Source: Lophium mytilinum (taxonomy: Eukaryota). Taken from it: 64,000 nt of DNA. The first letter of the stretch is position 1; the number at the start of each line of letters is the position of its first letter. Positions 12,203-24,088 of this stretch are shown in pieces. The stretch covers positions 127,673-191,672 of the forward strand of contig MU004188.1 of assembly GCA_010093605.1 (NCBI GenBank), written 5' to 3'. The notes below the pieces were generated by a model. It was not told the origin of the DNA, made no database searches, and was given only the letters and a program-made list of their open reading frames with translations. The position numbers and the translations under genes were made by a program.

Positions 12203-15200
12203 TCACTTCTGACCTTTCGGCCGGAGTGTCATCGTGGTTTTCTTGACGCTATCCGGAAGAGCAACACAGCTACAACTCGCAATCAGCCTCTTCCACACAG
12301 CCGCACTCGTTTCGTCGTCGCCTTCCTCTAAGGTAGCGCGATCCCCGATGATAATCAAGCCCGCTTTTGCCCGTGTCAAAGCGACATTCAGCCGTCTCAT
12401 GTCTGTGAGAAAGCCCATCTTCTTGGACTGATTGCATCTGACCGTCACGAATATCACAATGTCCGCTTCTCGCCCCTGAAAGCCGTCAACGCTAAACGCC
12501 TCTACACCAGGAAGAGAAGGGCTCTGTAAAAGCTCGATTTGACGGTTGTAGCCTGTCAAGATGACGACCGAAGGTTTCTGTGTGGCTAGTTTGGGGTCCT
12601 GGGGTGTGGCAAGCAGAGCGCATATCTCGCGACAGAGCGCCGTTTGCCCTGGATTTCCCTTCGACTTGTGACCAAGATCCTCGCTGGTCGAACATTGCAT
12701 GAAGACCATCCGAGCATAATCTTTCGACGGCAGCAGCGGCCATGGATAATTTGAAAGTGGCAGAGATCTTGATTCATTCGTGACGGCAGTCGCAAGCTTC
12801 CCGCCATAGAACTCCGCCGAGGGGAAGGCGCAGATATCTTGATGCATACGGTATTGTGTATCAAGCATGACCTTTCGTACGTCCGGGCGGTCAGCGTCAG
12901 CGTACATTCGTTCGAAGAGCGAGACGTCAAAATCAACCGTTTTTGCATGTGGTCCAACCGTCGCACGCAATTGCACATGGTCGCCAACCAAGACGGCCCG
13001 CTCACAGCCTTTGACCAGCGGGACTATCGTCGTAGCTTCCGTCTGCTGAGAAGCTTCATCGATGAGGACGATTGAGAACTTTTCGTCACGAAGCAGACCT
13101 AGGTTGGCTCCGATGCAGGTGGTGAACACTAGCCGGCATTCTTTGACTCGTTTTTGAGCTTTTTTGCGTGCGGAGAAGTTGGCATTTAAGTCCTTCCCGA
13201 GCATTGCGTCGCAAGTGTAGGACTTCAGATCTTCAGCGACTTTTCGGACCTAGTAACTTGATTAGTGATGGGACGCGAGGTCTAGGATTCACATCTTACG
13301 TCGGTTGATACCCGAATGGGAGTGGTATTCGTTCTTGTATGAACGCCTTCCTCAATGAACTTCCGCAGTATGTTGTCGACAGCGTTGTGAGTGGGAGCAG
13401 CCACCAATATACGCTTATCAGGTGCCACAACGAGCAGTTGGAGTAAAATTGCAACCACCGTTCGTGTCTTTCCGGTTCCTGGAGGGCCCCATAGCAAGCT
13501 AACTGGGTTGGTCATCGCAGACTCGATAGCCTGGTTTTGACTCCTGTTCAGGGCCGGATCGATTTGAAACGGCAATTTCACAAATCCCGCATTACCTTTA
13601 CCATGCCGAAGTGCCAAAGTGTCGTAGATCCTGCAGCATTCTAGCTTGGTTGTATAGAGATTTGACACGGCGTCCATCATCGTTTTGCCACTAGTAAATG
13701 AACCACAGTTCAGCAGGTGCCAAGAACAGTCTCCTAGATACTCGGGGGGGTCTTGAAGGCAGCGGAAGGTACCAAGGCCCATATCTGCAGACTCTACTAT
13801 TGCGTCGATAGCGATAGGACTGCGCACGGGCTCGTTTTCAGGCGGTGATGCTGGAGTCAATCGTACGTGATCTCCCGTTCGGATCCCAATTTTGGCATCG
13901 ACCCGGAGTTTGCACTCGACGATGAAGAATCCCTTGCTTTCGTGTTTGTATGTCAAATCAAGCAATAGACCATTCGGAATGATTTTCGCGTTCTTAGCTT
14001 CTTCGGTCTCGTCCGCATGTTCTAGCGCAATCCCGAATAGCTGCTTCGTCAATCTCGCAGTTGCTACCGGAGGCCCAACTACGAGGCGAGTTGTTTCCGG
14101 ATCGATGATCTCAAGCATCATCTTCATTGCAGACTCCGCAGATGGGGCTGCCAGCGCAATCAGTTCGACGAGTTCAGAAAGCTCTTGAATGCGGAGCTGT
14201 CTCATCTCTCTGAGGACGCTTTGCAACGGTTCCATAATAAAGTCGCCAACACGGCTGGCACACAGTACTAAACTGCATAAGAGATTGAAAGACATGTCCG
14301 TTAATCCATCCTTGAATGGAGTCTCCTCGCGGTGGAGGTGCCAGCTTTGAGATCCAAGGAAAATTCCAGAAACCCAAGGAACGCGAGGCAGATATTGAAG
14401 CAAGACCCCCAAAGTCTCCCTATTAGAAAGTTTTCGAACCGTTTCTGGTTCTAGGAGTATTCGGTAGATAGTGCCCGTTGTGCTAAATTGTCTGAGGCGA
14501 AGTAACCAGTCGAGAAGTGCCGTGAGTCTATCCACGGATTCGATGTGCCTAGCCTCGTGTACTTTCCCGTCCCTTGCTATTACGGCAAAGTGTTCCGGAA
14601 GTACAAGCCAGTCAACTCCCTTCAGGGTCGTTGTAGTATAAGCCCGCGCCTCTTGTTCGAATAGTGGAAGCATGTTTTCCGTGTCAATGTAGTTGAGCCA
14701 CTCATCAAGCTTTTGCAAGGATTTGACGTCTCTGTTGCTAATCACATACACCTCCTGCATAGTCGTGAGAAGTCTGAACACAGAAACGATGCTACAAGAC
14801 ACTTACTGCTGCAAGAACGCCAGTTTGGTTCACTCGTCCTACGTGAGTCTTGATCCTTTTGTTGATCTTGTCCAATGCGATACTAGCCCGCAGCTCGAAG
14901 TTGGCCCCTTCATCAACGGTGATCTGCTTCTGCCTTCTTTTATCACCAGTGCTCTTAGTATTTCGACACGTGCTGTCATTCAGAGGGCCGTGCTGTAGGA
15001 AGATCCAAGTATTGCTCCTCTTGCTCTGATAAAGCTGAAGAGCAGAGGAGTCGCAAAAGAGACGGTAGTGGGCTTTGGTGGGCACTACAACATAGTTGGG
15101 AGATTGGACGCCTTGTGAATGCGGGAATGCGAAGACCCGGACGCTACTGTCCACCTCACATTCCTGGTGTGATTCGATCTTCTTTGGGACGTAAATTGCC

Positions 15201-17519
15201 ACGCTCAACCTCTCGTCAATGCGAAGCAAGATCAGCTTCTTGTGGAAAATCTCAAGAATTCTAGATGTGGAACTTAGAAAAGTTCCCATACGGTCCGAAT
15301 TGGAGTCGAATACGCGCTTCCACCTCAGACCTGGGTGATGTAGACCAAACCGCTTCAGCTCCGTGTGACTTGCAATAGCAGATTGCATAAGACCGTTCAT
15401 GACCAAGCATGATAGGTTCTCAGTTGTAGGAAGTCTTGTGAGCGTCCAGGCTTTCTGTTGATCGCTCAGAGAATTAAAGTTGAAGAGAGGCGCAAGTTCG
15501 GCGAAATCCTCGTGGTTCTTGTCGCACCACCTCAGGGCTAGCTGAATCAATTCGAATTCTGACAAAGCTAGACTATCTCGGCTGAGTAGCAACTCGAGGG
15601 CATCAAAAGAACCGTGTTCTATGTTACCAGGCATGATTGCGGCCGCATCAAGAAGACTCCTGGCTCCCTCATGGAGGACATCTACAATAAAAGGAGTGGT
15701 CGGAGGCGGTTTTGGTGGGTCCTTGAAGTGTTCGGGAATTTTGATACGGTTGCCATCGACACATTGGGAAAATAATCGGTTCAGCTGCTGACATTCCGCA
15801 CTCATGGGTCCTTTGAGCCTTGCCCAGTCAAGATATAGGTTCTTTACTTGTCCGAGTGACACTGAGGTATATTCGGCAAAGTACTTGATCCGGTCATCGT
15901 CAGTGATGGTACCGAATGTGACGGGTTCTGTCCCTCCGGGATATTCTGCTGGCTCAGAGAGGGTACGTGGGATAATATCTGGGTCCCAACACACGAAGAC
16001 TAAGGCCATCAGCATGAGATGTTCAATTATAGAAGCTCAACTTACATTTGTCCCCATCAAGATCTCCTCCCGACATCAAATCAGCACCTGCTCTTTTTCC
16101 GCGAGTTGGAAATACGATGCAGTCGACGAGATGGGATAATTGGGGACATTCTATGGCCTTGAACTTTCGAAGGTCGCCTGGATGAAGGCAAGGATTCCTC
16201 GTTACTAAGACCTCCGTATTTATAATTGTTCGTGGCTCTCCATCAAGATGCGCTGTCACTCTTACGTAACACTGTCCGTCTTTGAGAACACCGTAGGGAT
16301 CGCAAATGCCAAAGAGCAAACGTGATTTTTGGATGAAGATGCGAGACTTCTGCTCTCCACGCTTATTGATCATCTTAGTTTGCTCGTCCTTGACGAGTTT
16401 GCGAATGTGGGATTGAACAGTCTCGGTTCCTTCAATTAGAAGACGTTCGGCAAGATCCATGCGACTAGAGAAGCAGAGGAATTGAAAGGCCGCTTGAGGG
16501 TTAAGCGCTCGAACCTGGGCAAGAAACCCGACATGTTGAGCCTGCTTCGCCATAATAGTCTCAGTTGAGACCCCTAGAGCATGCAATAGGATGATTACCT
16601 CATCGTTGAGGTAACCAAAAGCATATGGCTATAGCGTAGTAAGGAGACGAGTCTTATAAACGAGCTGATACTCACGCACTTTCGAGTAGTCGACCACGGA
16701 CAACGTCAAATCTGCCGCCTCCTTAAACTTGCGCATCGAATCTCTAAACTGTACTTGCTTCTCGCCTTTGAGAGACGGTTCAAGGGTCAACACGCCTTTG
16801 TATCCACGGTAACGGATCTGATATACAGAGGGTAGATATTTCTTGTTTCGAAAATGCAAATTGGCAGCTCTTGCTAAGTGTTGGGCGAGATGGATGGCAA
16901 TCAGACCGCACCCGTCTGTGAAGTTGCATTCCTTGTTCTGGATATCGGGGATGTCCTCGCATCGTTCTGGGGGGAGACGAACACCCATGTCGGCGGCCGA
17001 GAACAGCAATCCAATTCGCTTGGCTTTCTTAGCGACAGACTTTATCTTTGAAAAATCGCCGAGGCCCTCAACTTTCTGAGAGATTTCTTCCTTAGGTGCG
17101 GCATATAGAAGGCAGGATCGAGACTTCAGCTGGCTGTTGCTATGACCAAAGAAATGGTACTGAACACTATTGATCTGGATCCCATTTGTAAGTAGCCTGG
17201 CGATGTATTGCGACGATTCCCGTGGGGAGACCTGATCTGTAGTACAGGGCTTTCCAGGAATTGGTATTCGAAGACGGAAATCGGAGAAGCTAATCTGGAT
17301 GAACTTATCCAGCGGATCTGATGCCGTAACTCGATTCGGAGAACATTTTTGCATGCTCAATACGATCTCTTGTGTATTGACATTGGACGTAACGGAGACA
17401 AATTTGATCAAACTTGCCGCATTTGTACGAGAGGGCTTTGGAAGCCCGTCTACGGTGAAAGTCCACGATTGATCTTTGGGGGTGATGTTTTCTTGGAGCC
17501 TGCATCTGAACTTCTCCAT
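12203..17519 (-). CDS. Fusion protein: cellular RNA-dependent RNA polymerase + uncharacterised middle region + UPF1/DNA2-NAM7-like SF1 helicase (~1705 aa, 5 exons)
   Basis: Exons 17519-16680, 16628-16046, 15999-14807, 14754-13300, 13249-12203 total 5118 nt, in frame across four 46-52 nt GT..AG introns. RdRP motifs: FFGHSNSQLK, AKRIGLLFS, FTDGCGLI, PSVYQIRYRGYKGVL, YLNDEVIILL, LFGICDPYGVL, VTRNPCLHPGD, SGGDLDGDKFFVCWD. Helicase motifs: LNRSQNQAI, GPPGTGKT, APTHNAVD, IDEASQ, LVGDHVQL, SLFERM, QYRMH, VDGFQGRE, RLNVALTRAK. Confidence 0.92.
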
Positions 17520-17818
17520 ATTGATAGCTGAGTACTTTTACGATAGGCGTAGATGTGCTGCCGAAGCTGTGTTGAAGCAAGACAGTGGTGAAATGAAGTC
17601 GGGGATCGGCTTATGCACGTAGACATGGCTTGCAGCTCACGTTACACAAGATAGACACCTAGGCAGCAGAGTCATCTTCCCTAGTTTGCTCACTTACCTC
17701 AGTCCCAACAAGCAATTGATTGCCTGACAAACGGCGCCTTTTATTTCCCCGATATAACCCTACTCGAAATCTACGTACCCAGCCTTCAATATTGGGGTAG
17801 CCATCACCGGCAACAAGC
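17520..17818. promoter_or_regulatory. Probable bidirectional promoter shared by the RdRP-helicase and the AAA_28 kinase genes
   Basis: Only 299 bp separate the divergent ATGs at 17519 (-) and 17819 (+); a TATAA-like element lies at ~17753. Confidence 0.5.
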
Positions 17819-18433
17819 ATGGCGACAAACCCACCAAAAGCAAAAAACATATACGTTGTCGGAGCTCAATGCACAGGAAAAACGACGCTCGTCAATGCGC
17901 TGGCGTCGCATTATAGCGACGCAGAGGTGAGGCCTCTACCCATCAAGGAAGTTGCCCGCGGCGTGCTTCGGAAGCACAATTACACTGCCGCTGATATGAC
18001 CAACTCGCCACTACGAGCACTCGAGCTCCAGCATCTGATTTTCTCTGCACAAGTCACCGCGGAAGAAGAGCTAGGCAACAATTGGTTCATTTCAGACCGG
18101 TCAGCGTTGGATCCAGTCGCATATGCCTACTTCTACGTCGGCGAAGAGGCCGCAGCGAGTATGTTGGAGTCGGAGGCCTGGCAAGCTTCAAGGGCGAGAA
18201 TGCGGGATGGGGTCGTTCTTGTTTGCGAGGCCGGAACACCTTGGCTTGTAGACGACGGAGTACGCTTGATGCCTGAAGATCCTAGAGAGTGGGCAGCAAT
18301 CCATGAGACGTTTTGCAGAGTGCTTCAGGAGCAGGGCATTCCCTTTACCCTCGTTCCGAAAGAGACGATGAATTTGGCTAAGCGGGTGGATCTTTTCTTA
18401 GCTAAGTATGCAGATAGGTCTTATGGAACATAG
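17819..18433 (+). CDS. NadR/Ttd14-like AAA_28 P-loop nucleoside/nucleotide kinase-fold protein (204 aa, intronless)
   Basis: Walker A in IYVVGAQCTGKTTL, then EVAR, ISDRSALDPVAY (DRS kinase motif) and PWLVDDGVR, the motif series typical of the NadR C-terminal/AAA_28 family. Confidence 0.85.
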   Translation: MATNPPKAKNIYVVGAQCTGKTTLVNALASHYSDAEVRPLPIKEVARGVLRKHNYTAADMTNSPLRALELQHLIFSAQVTAEEELGNNWFISDRSALDPVAYAYFYVGEEAAASMLESEAWQASRARMRDGVVLVCEAGTPWLVDDGVRLMPEDPREWAAIHETFCRVLQEQGIPFTLVPKETMNLAKRVDLFLAKYADRSYGT

Positions 18434-18689
18434 CAAGAAGCTGTGCAGATGGATGGGTGACGAGGTTGCAACATGTCGAAATGAAAGGAGGGTTTAGTTG
18501 AGTGATGTTTTCTACGCAACAAAAGCGGATAACTCATTCTAGCCTTGGCGCGATCTCAACACCACGCCACAGTTTCGACCCATCACGATTATTCGCGTCG
18601 AGGCCTCATACACCTCTGATGTAGTTCGATATCACTAACAGCCTGTTTCATTGCGTGTTGTATGCCCGCTATTCCCCTAATCTCGATCA

Positions 18690-19237
18690 ATGGCAGCTGC
18701 TGCTAGCTCCGCGTCGAAACACCTCGCAACACGATGCCTTCGCATAGCACCACCCACTCGAGCCTTTTCCTGCGCCATCACTCGCACAAATGTGACTAGA
18801 ACGTAACTCAATCTAACTGCCCCACATGCCATCAGTACTGCTTTGTCTAACACAATCTCGAGCATCTTAGATCTTACGAATCCGCCTCTACATCTTTCAT
18901 CGAACGCCGCAATCCTCAGCCCAACGCAAGCAAGCGGCACTACGCACAGAGCAGTGCTAAGCGGAAGGGCGATAAGGGTGGCCACGAGCTGAACGAAGCG
19001 GAAGCCCGCGCAAGGAACGAAGGAAAAACAACAATCGAGGGTGCTGAAGATGAAGGCGTATACTGGAACGAGTACCTCATGTTCGGCGTACTCGCTATAC
19101 CTGCTACGGTTGGTATTTGGTATCTCTTGAAACCTTTAGGGATCCTAGACCCGTACCTTGGCGTCTCGATGATTAAGGAAACGGAACCTAAACGTGGCAA
19201 TTTGCGGGAGACGGAGGGGAGATCAAAATACAATTAA
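18690..19237 (+). CDS. Small putative mitochondrial single-pass membrane protein (159 aa, 2 exons); absent from the ORF track
   Basis: Exon 1 18690-18802, intron 18803-18870 (GTAACT..CTAAC..TAG), exon 2 18871-19237, total 480 nt in frame. N-terminus MAAAASSASKHLATRCLRIAPPTRAFSC is R/S/A-rich with no acidic residues; TM segment YLMFGVLAIPATVGIWYLL. Confidence 0.6.
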
Positions 19238-20048
19238 GATACCAGTGGGGATGTGCAATAAGTATGGATTTATTGCCCAGTCCATTGACACATGCTACTT
19301 TGGCAACGACGCCTTCATTCAGCACTCTGGCGATTCCGCAATTTCCCAATATGGCGGTCTCGAATCTCATGACTTTTCCGACTATAACCACGACGGTGGC
19401 AATGAAAATATGGAGTTCCGACTACGACGGCATTGGGCGCCGCCCTCTTGATACATTGCTCTATCTTGCTATACCGATGAAACAATCGCCACCGTCCGAC
19501 CTCGATTCGCGACGTGCGAAGAAAGCGCGGGTATGGCTCAAGACACACAGATCCAGGCATGACGCGGGATGTACAAAAGAATGTTTGGTATTCGGTTGTA
19601 GATAATACTAAGTACTGTCTTGATGATCACGCTGATCATGTGGCTTAAACGAAAAAATCGTTCTCGACAAAGGTCACATAAAACACACATGTGCCACCAT
19701 CGGAAGGCCTCCAGAATGCTCATTAACATCTGGATATAATTTTGAATTTCAGAGCTTGCAAATCAGATTACTTTGCGCGTCGTCCGCTTGACAAGCCCTC
19801 ATTGGTGCAAAGGATGACCCAGCGTATGCTCGAAATTCCGATCGGAATGTGACTTCCTTACGCATGCAAATCAGTCTCGTCTGGCATAGCAGCCAGCCCA
19901 CCGCCTGCCACCACTAAAAGCCAATGTGGCCCATGAGATCATGCACGATCTAGTTTCATCAAGCCTGTAAATCGCTTCGCGTGTTGTTCACATGTTTTGC
20001 AGATGCTTGCCGCTGTCAAGGGTGGTGCCCCAAGGCTCTCCATTCGTA

Positions 20049-21593
20049 CTACCCAACCATCGCCTCCCTCATGAATGGACTCTTCCCCCGAATCACCTTT
20101 CCTTTCCACACCAGAACTACCGGCGCACAACTTAACACTACCGCCACAAACGCCAGCAAGCTACTCGCCCAGTGAAAACCCAAATTACTATACATGCTCT
20201 GGCTAGCCAACGGCAGAAACGCCGCCGCCATATTCTCCCCAAAACACACCGCGGCAGACGCGCTGGCCGCATACTTTGCGTACGCATCTGTGATGTAAAT
20301 CATGATCGCCTGCATAACCACTACGCTCCCAAAGCCCACGAGCAGTAGCCCAATGGCGGGGGCCCAGAACGTCACGTTTGCGTAAGACGTCCACCCATAG
20401 ATGAATAGCCCACCTGCGAGCCCGAGAAAAGAAGCAGGGATGGCGAGGTAGAGACGTACTTCCGGGAGCTGTAGATCGCCGCCCACGATTCTTGCGGTGC
20501 CGGCTGAGGCGCGCGTGAAGTAAGGGTCGCCGATGAATGCGCAGGCGAGGAAGCCGAGGATCTCGCCGACGACAATGGAGGCTTGGATGAGGCCGGTAGA
20601 TGGCTCGGAGAATGCGTAGAGGGCGGTGTAGACCTGCGGAACGGACTGGGTGGCAATGAAGAGAAGGCCGTAGGAAAGGGCGGATAGGAGGGTGAAGGAA
20701 GTGACGACAGGTTCGGTGGTGAGGAGGAGGAAAGGGCGGAGGATGTTGCCGGCTAGGAAGCTTTTGAGGGTAGATAGTTTGGTATGCTGCTTCGATCCAG
20801 GTTCTGTGGGTTGGGGACTATGTAGGGGTTCGTGATTTCGCTTTGCGCAGGTGGTGAGGATGACGGTATATCGGGTTTCGCGAAAGATAAGAAATATGAT
20901 GGGGGCTGAGCCGCCGTAGATGATGAGTTGGATGTAGAAGATCCTATCGGGTGTAAGCATTTAAACAAGTTACTAGACGTGTTCTCCTATTACTTACCAT
21001 CGCCAACTCAAGCTCTCCACGATCGCTCCACCAACGACCGGTCCTATACTCACACCTGCAAGAAGGGCGAAAACATAGCAAGAAACCGGTAAGCTCCGCT
21101 GCGTAGCCTCTGCCCATATATCCGCGATAATGCCATCCATCGCATCCTGGAGCACCGCCCCGCAACATCCCGCAAAAAAGCGGCAGACAATGAATGTAGC
21201 GAAGTTCTGCGCTACAGCTTGAGGAACAACGAAGATGAAAAATAGGATATACGTGATGAGGTACCCAGGTCTTGTGCCGTAGTCTTCCATAATCGGTAGC
21301 ACAACCATAGGCGCCAGAGCGCCGCCCGTGTTCCAAGCCGTTACGGGCCATACAGAGTGCGGAAACGACGCATCGGAGACATGGAATTGGGCATTGGTTT
21401 GGCTTACGGCGGCCGTGAGGGCGGTCGCGTTGAAACCGACGATTAAAGTTACGTAGCAGGCGGTCAAAGTTACGCTCCATTTCTTTGTTGGGGACCAGTT
21501 GAAGGGGTTGCTTGGGTCATCTGCTTCAGGGGAGTCTTCTGGCGAGTGTGTTGGGCTTTCGCTTTGCTCCTTCTCGGCTGGAATATGCTCCAT
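20049..21593 (-). CDS. MFS transporter, DHA1 drug:H+ antiporter-like, 2 exons
   Basis: DPSNPFNWSPTKKW, PIMEDYGTRP, RFFAGCCG, GPVVGG, SWRW|IFYIQ, RETRY, PEVRL, YITDAY, ~12 hydrophobic segments; intron 20944-20997. Confidence 0.93.
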
Positions 21594-22188
21594 TACCTCT
21601 GTATTCACTTTCAGTATAATCTTGGAGATTGGGAATTGATGCCTAGAACGGCTAGCTGGACGACGGAACGCAACAAATCGTTAAACGGACTTTTTTCTAG
21701 GCATTGGAGAGCGCAATTAAAGCAGGCTGATGGAGGAGGACCGGCATGATTAAGGAAATGAGAACTTCGTAAGGCCCAACCGGAGAGATGAGAGAGGTGA
21801 TGATACTAAGGATGATTGATGAAATGTTGAAGAACGAAGGCGAAATAAGAAAAAACCCGCGCTTGCCAAGGCCGATTCAAAAGCATGCCCAGTTCTTGCC
21901 ATGAGCTATCACGACAATGTCGGACTCTATTCGAGTGTACCCTGATCCGAGTAGGAGTTAGTATCTACTAGGAAAGAGATATGCTGTACATCTGTTGCTA
22001 CAAACTACCGTTACCTGAAGTCTGCTGCAGCCAATGGCAAGCCCAACGCTAGCGTGAATTAGGAAGGTCGAAAGCCGACCGATCCCCATTGTCTAGCTCA
22101 GTGTTCAGGCAGCCGTTAATCAGAATCAACATAAGTCAGAATCTCCGTATGGCTCTATTGTTACTCCTCGCCCTTCCCATAGTCTAAA

Positions 22189-22920
22189 ATGGCCGCTACC
22201 GCAAAACTCGCCCCAACTTTTCCCTGGGACCACGATATCCCTAAAACACCATTTTGGAGCAATATCGAATACACTACAGCGCGTAACTTCCTCCAATGCT
22301 TCACGGAAGGCGAGCTGCTACAGAAGCAACTTGATGATGCCCTCCCACTTCGAGGAAAGCTCGAATCGCTCGAAATTTTCCTCGATGAATCTCTCGAGGC
22401 CCGCGAGTACGCGAGTAGACCGCAATCACTTCACAGAGCCGACTACCAATTGTGGATGAAGTTGAAACTCGCTCAAAGCTCCATCGCGAAAGATCTCGAG
22501 AAGCGACAGGAGCAAGAAAAGATTGTGCGGGAGATGTATGCCAATGGCCCCTACGACCCGGTCTCCGGAACCAACACCAAGAACATGAGCGCCCTACTCA
22601 ATCTTTCCGGAGTCCTGGAATATGATGGATTGCATGCCGAAGCCGAGGCTGCTGCGAGAGAGGTTTTGCCTTGGCTACAGAAGCATGAGATGTTGGGCGC
22701 GGACGCGCCGCAGGTGCTGAGCTGTATGCGCACGATCGCAAGGACTACCGGAAAGCAGAGGCATTGGTCGGAGTCAAATTTATGGGCTGGAAAGGTGGAA
22801 GAGTTGATTGATGGGATGGGCGGGAGAAGATTCGCGAAATATGAAGAAGACGAAAGAAAATGTTTGGAGGAATTGCGAGAGGAGTTGAAGGCGTGGAAGG
22901 GCGATCATAAGTTCGATTAA
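22189..22920 (+). CDS. Hypothetical alpha-helical protein with TPR-like segments (243 aa)
   Basis: Uninterrupted ORF with aaaATG context; ALLNLSGVLEYDGLHAEAEAAAREVL...LGADAPQVLSCM resembles a TPR-type helical repeat. Confidence 0.7.
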   Translation: MAATAKLAPTFPWDHDIPKTPFWSNIEYTTARNFLQCFTEGELLQKQLDDALPLRGKLESLEIFLDESLEAREYASRPQSLHRADYQLWMKLKLAQSSIAKDLEKRQEQEKIVREMYANGPYDPVSGTNTKNMSALLNLSGVLEYDGLHAEAEAAAREVLPWLQKHEMLGADAPQVLSCMRTIARTTGKQRHWSESNLWAGKVEELIDGMGGRRFAKYEEDERKCLEELREELKAWKGDHKFD

Positions 22921-23059
22921 AAGAAAGAATGTTGAGGTACAGAGTTACTAGTATGTCGCTTCACAGAGAATTATGATGGATGGGATCGCCGCAGCTTTTC
23001 AGCTTTGGCATTTAGGTGGTTTACATCGTAGGTATACATATCTTCAGGAGATACAGCCC

Positions 23060-24088
23060 TCAATTTTTGCTTTTCAACGCCTTGATAAATTCGACACCGT
23101 CTTCGTATGTCGGATGGTCTGAGCCAATACAGTACTCATCCAGCTCTAACCCCTTCTCAGCACACTGGATCGCTTCGTCGCGTCTCCCTAGCTTCACGTT
23201 GAGCTTTGCAACTTCGAAGTACCTATCAAGACATTAGCATATAAGATTCCAAATTAAGCTGTTGCTTCAGCGTGAAACTCACATCGACGCCACTTCTCTC
23301 CCAGTGATTCCTTCAGCCTCAAATAGCTGGATGAACCTCTCTGTCATTTTCAACTCCGCAACCAGCCCTTCCGCATTCTTCTCGACCGTAGCCGCAAACT
23401 CTTTTATCCTTTTTCTTTCCTCCGCTCGCCGTTCTTCTCCCAATTTCCCTCTCGCAGACGTTAGATCACACGCCACACAATCGCATTCAAAGCCATACCC
23501 CTTGCGTAACTTGCTACCCCTTGAGGCAGCGACCGCACCCAGCTCAGGGAGATAGTTCAGCGTGACCTCCTCGCCACTCTTGATATCCCGCAGCGCATGG
23601 ACATTGAACCGACCCAGCGTGGAATGAAAATTTCCCTGTGCGTTCGGCAAGCAAGAGTGATTTATCCTTGCCACATTATCGAAAACGGCTTGCTGGATCC
23701 TACCGCGGCCCCCCAAATTGAATGAGTTGGAGCGAAAGACGTTAAATATAGCCATGTGCTCTTGCATTGAACGGATAGACGGAATAGAGCTTGTAATGGT
23801 ACTAGGTTGACGAACACTCCCGACGAGATTCTTCACATTCCACCACACCACCTGCATCCATCGTACCAACTCGAGATGTTGTCCGCCGCTGTGACCTGAG
23901 AGGTCTAATAACGCTTTTTTGTCATTCTTAGTTAAGGACTTCGCGGCATAAAAAATGCCGTCGACGTCCTGGTCTTGGCGGATAGCGAGCAGTGGCCGTT
24001 CGGAGAGGATGCGCGTTCCACGAGCGATTGGGTTTGTTGCAAAGAGCCCCAGGCCTTTCGCGCCGGCTTGGCGAATCTCGTATATCAT
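23060..24088 (-). CDS. SET-domain lysine methyltransferase (SET5/SMYD-like) with C-terminal TPR-like helices, 2 exons
   Basis: KGLGLFATNPIARGTRILSERPLL, ARINHSCLPNA, ALRDIKSGEEVTLNY, post-SET GFECDCVAC; intron 23223-23282 joins to YFEVAKL...IGSDHPTY...stop at 23060. Confidence 0.9.

Noticed and set aside
12203..14802. Helicase ORFs as a standalone UPF1/NAM7 or SEN1 gene
   Set aside because: No UPF1 Cys/His-rich domain is present, and a canonical 52-nt intron joins these ORFs in frame to the RdRP exons.
14792..17519. RdRP as an endogenous viral element
   Set aside because: It has the cellular DLDGD-type motif set rather than the viral GDD palm motifs, and it contains spliceosomal introns.
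18677..18985. Hydrophobic 102-aa minus-strand ORF
   Set aside because: GTG start, and antisense to a better-supported spliced plus-strand gene.
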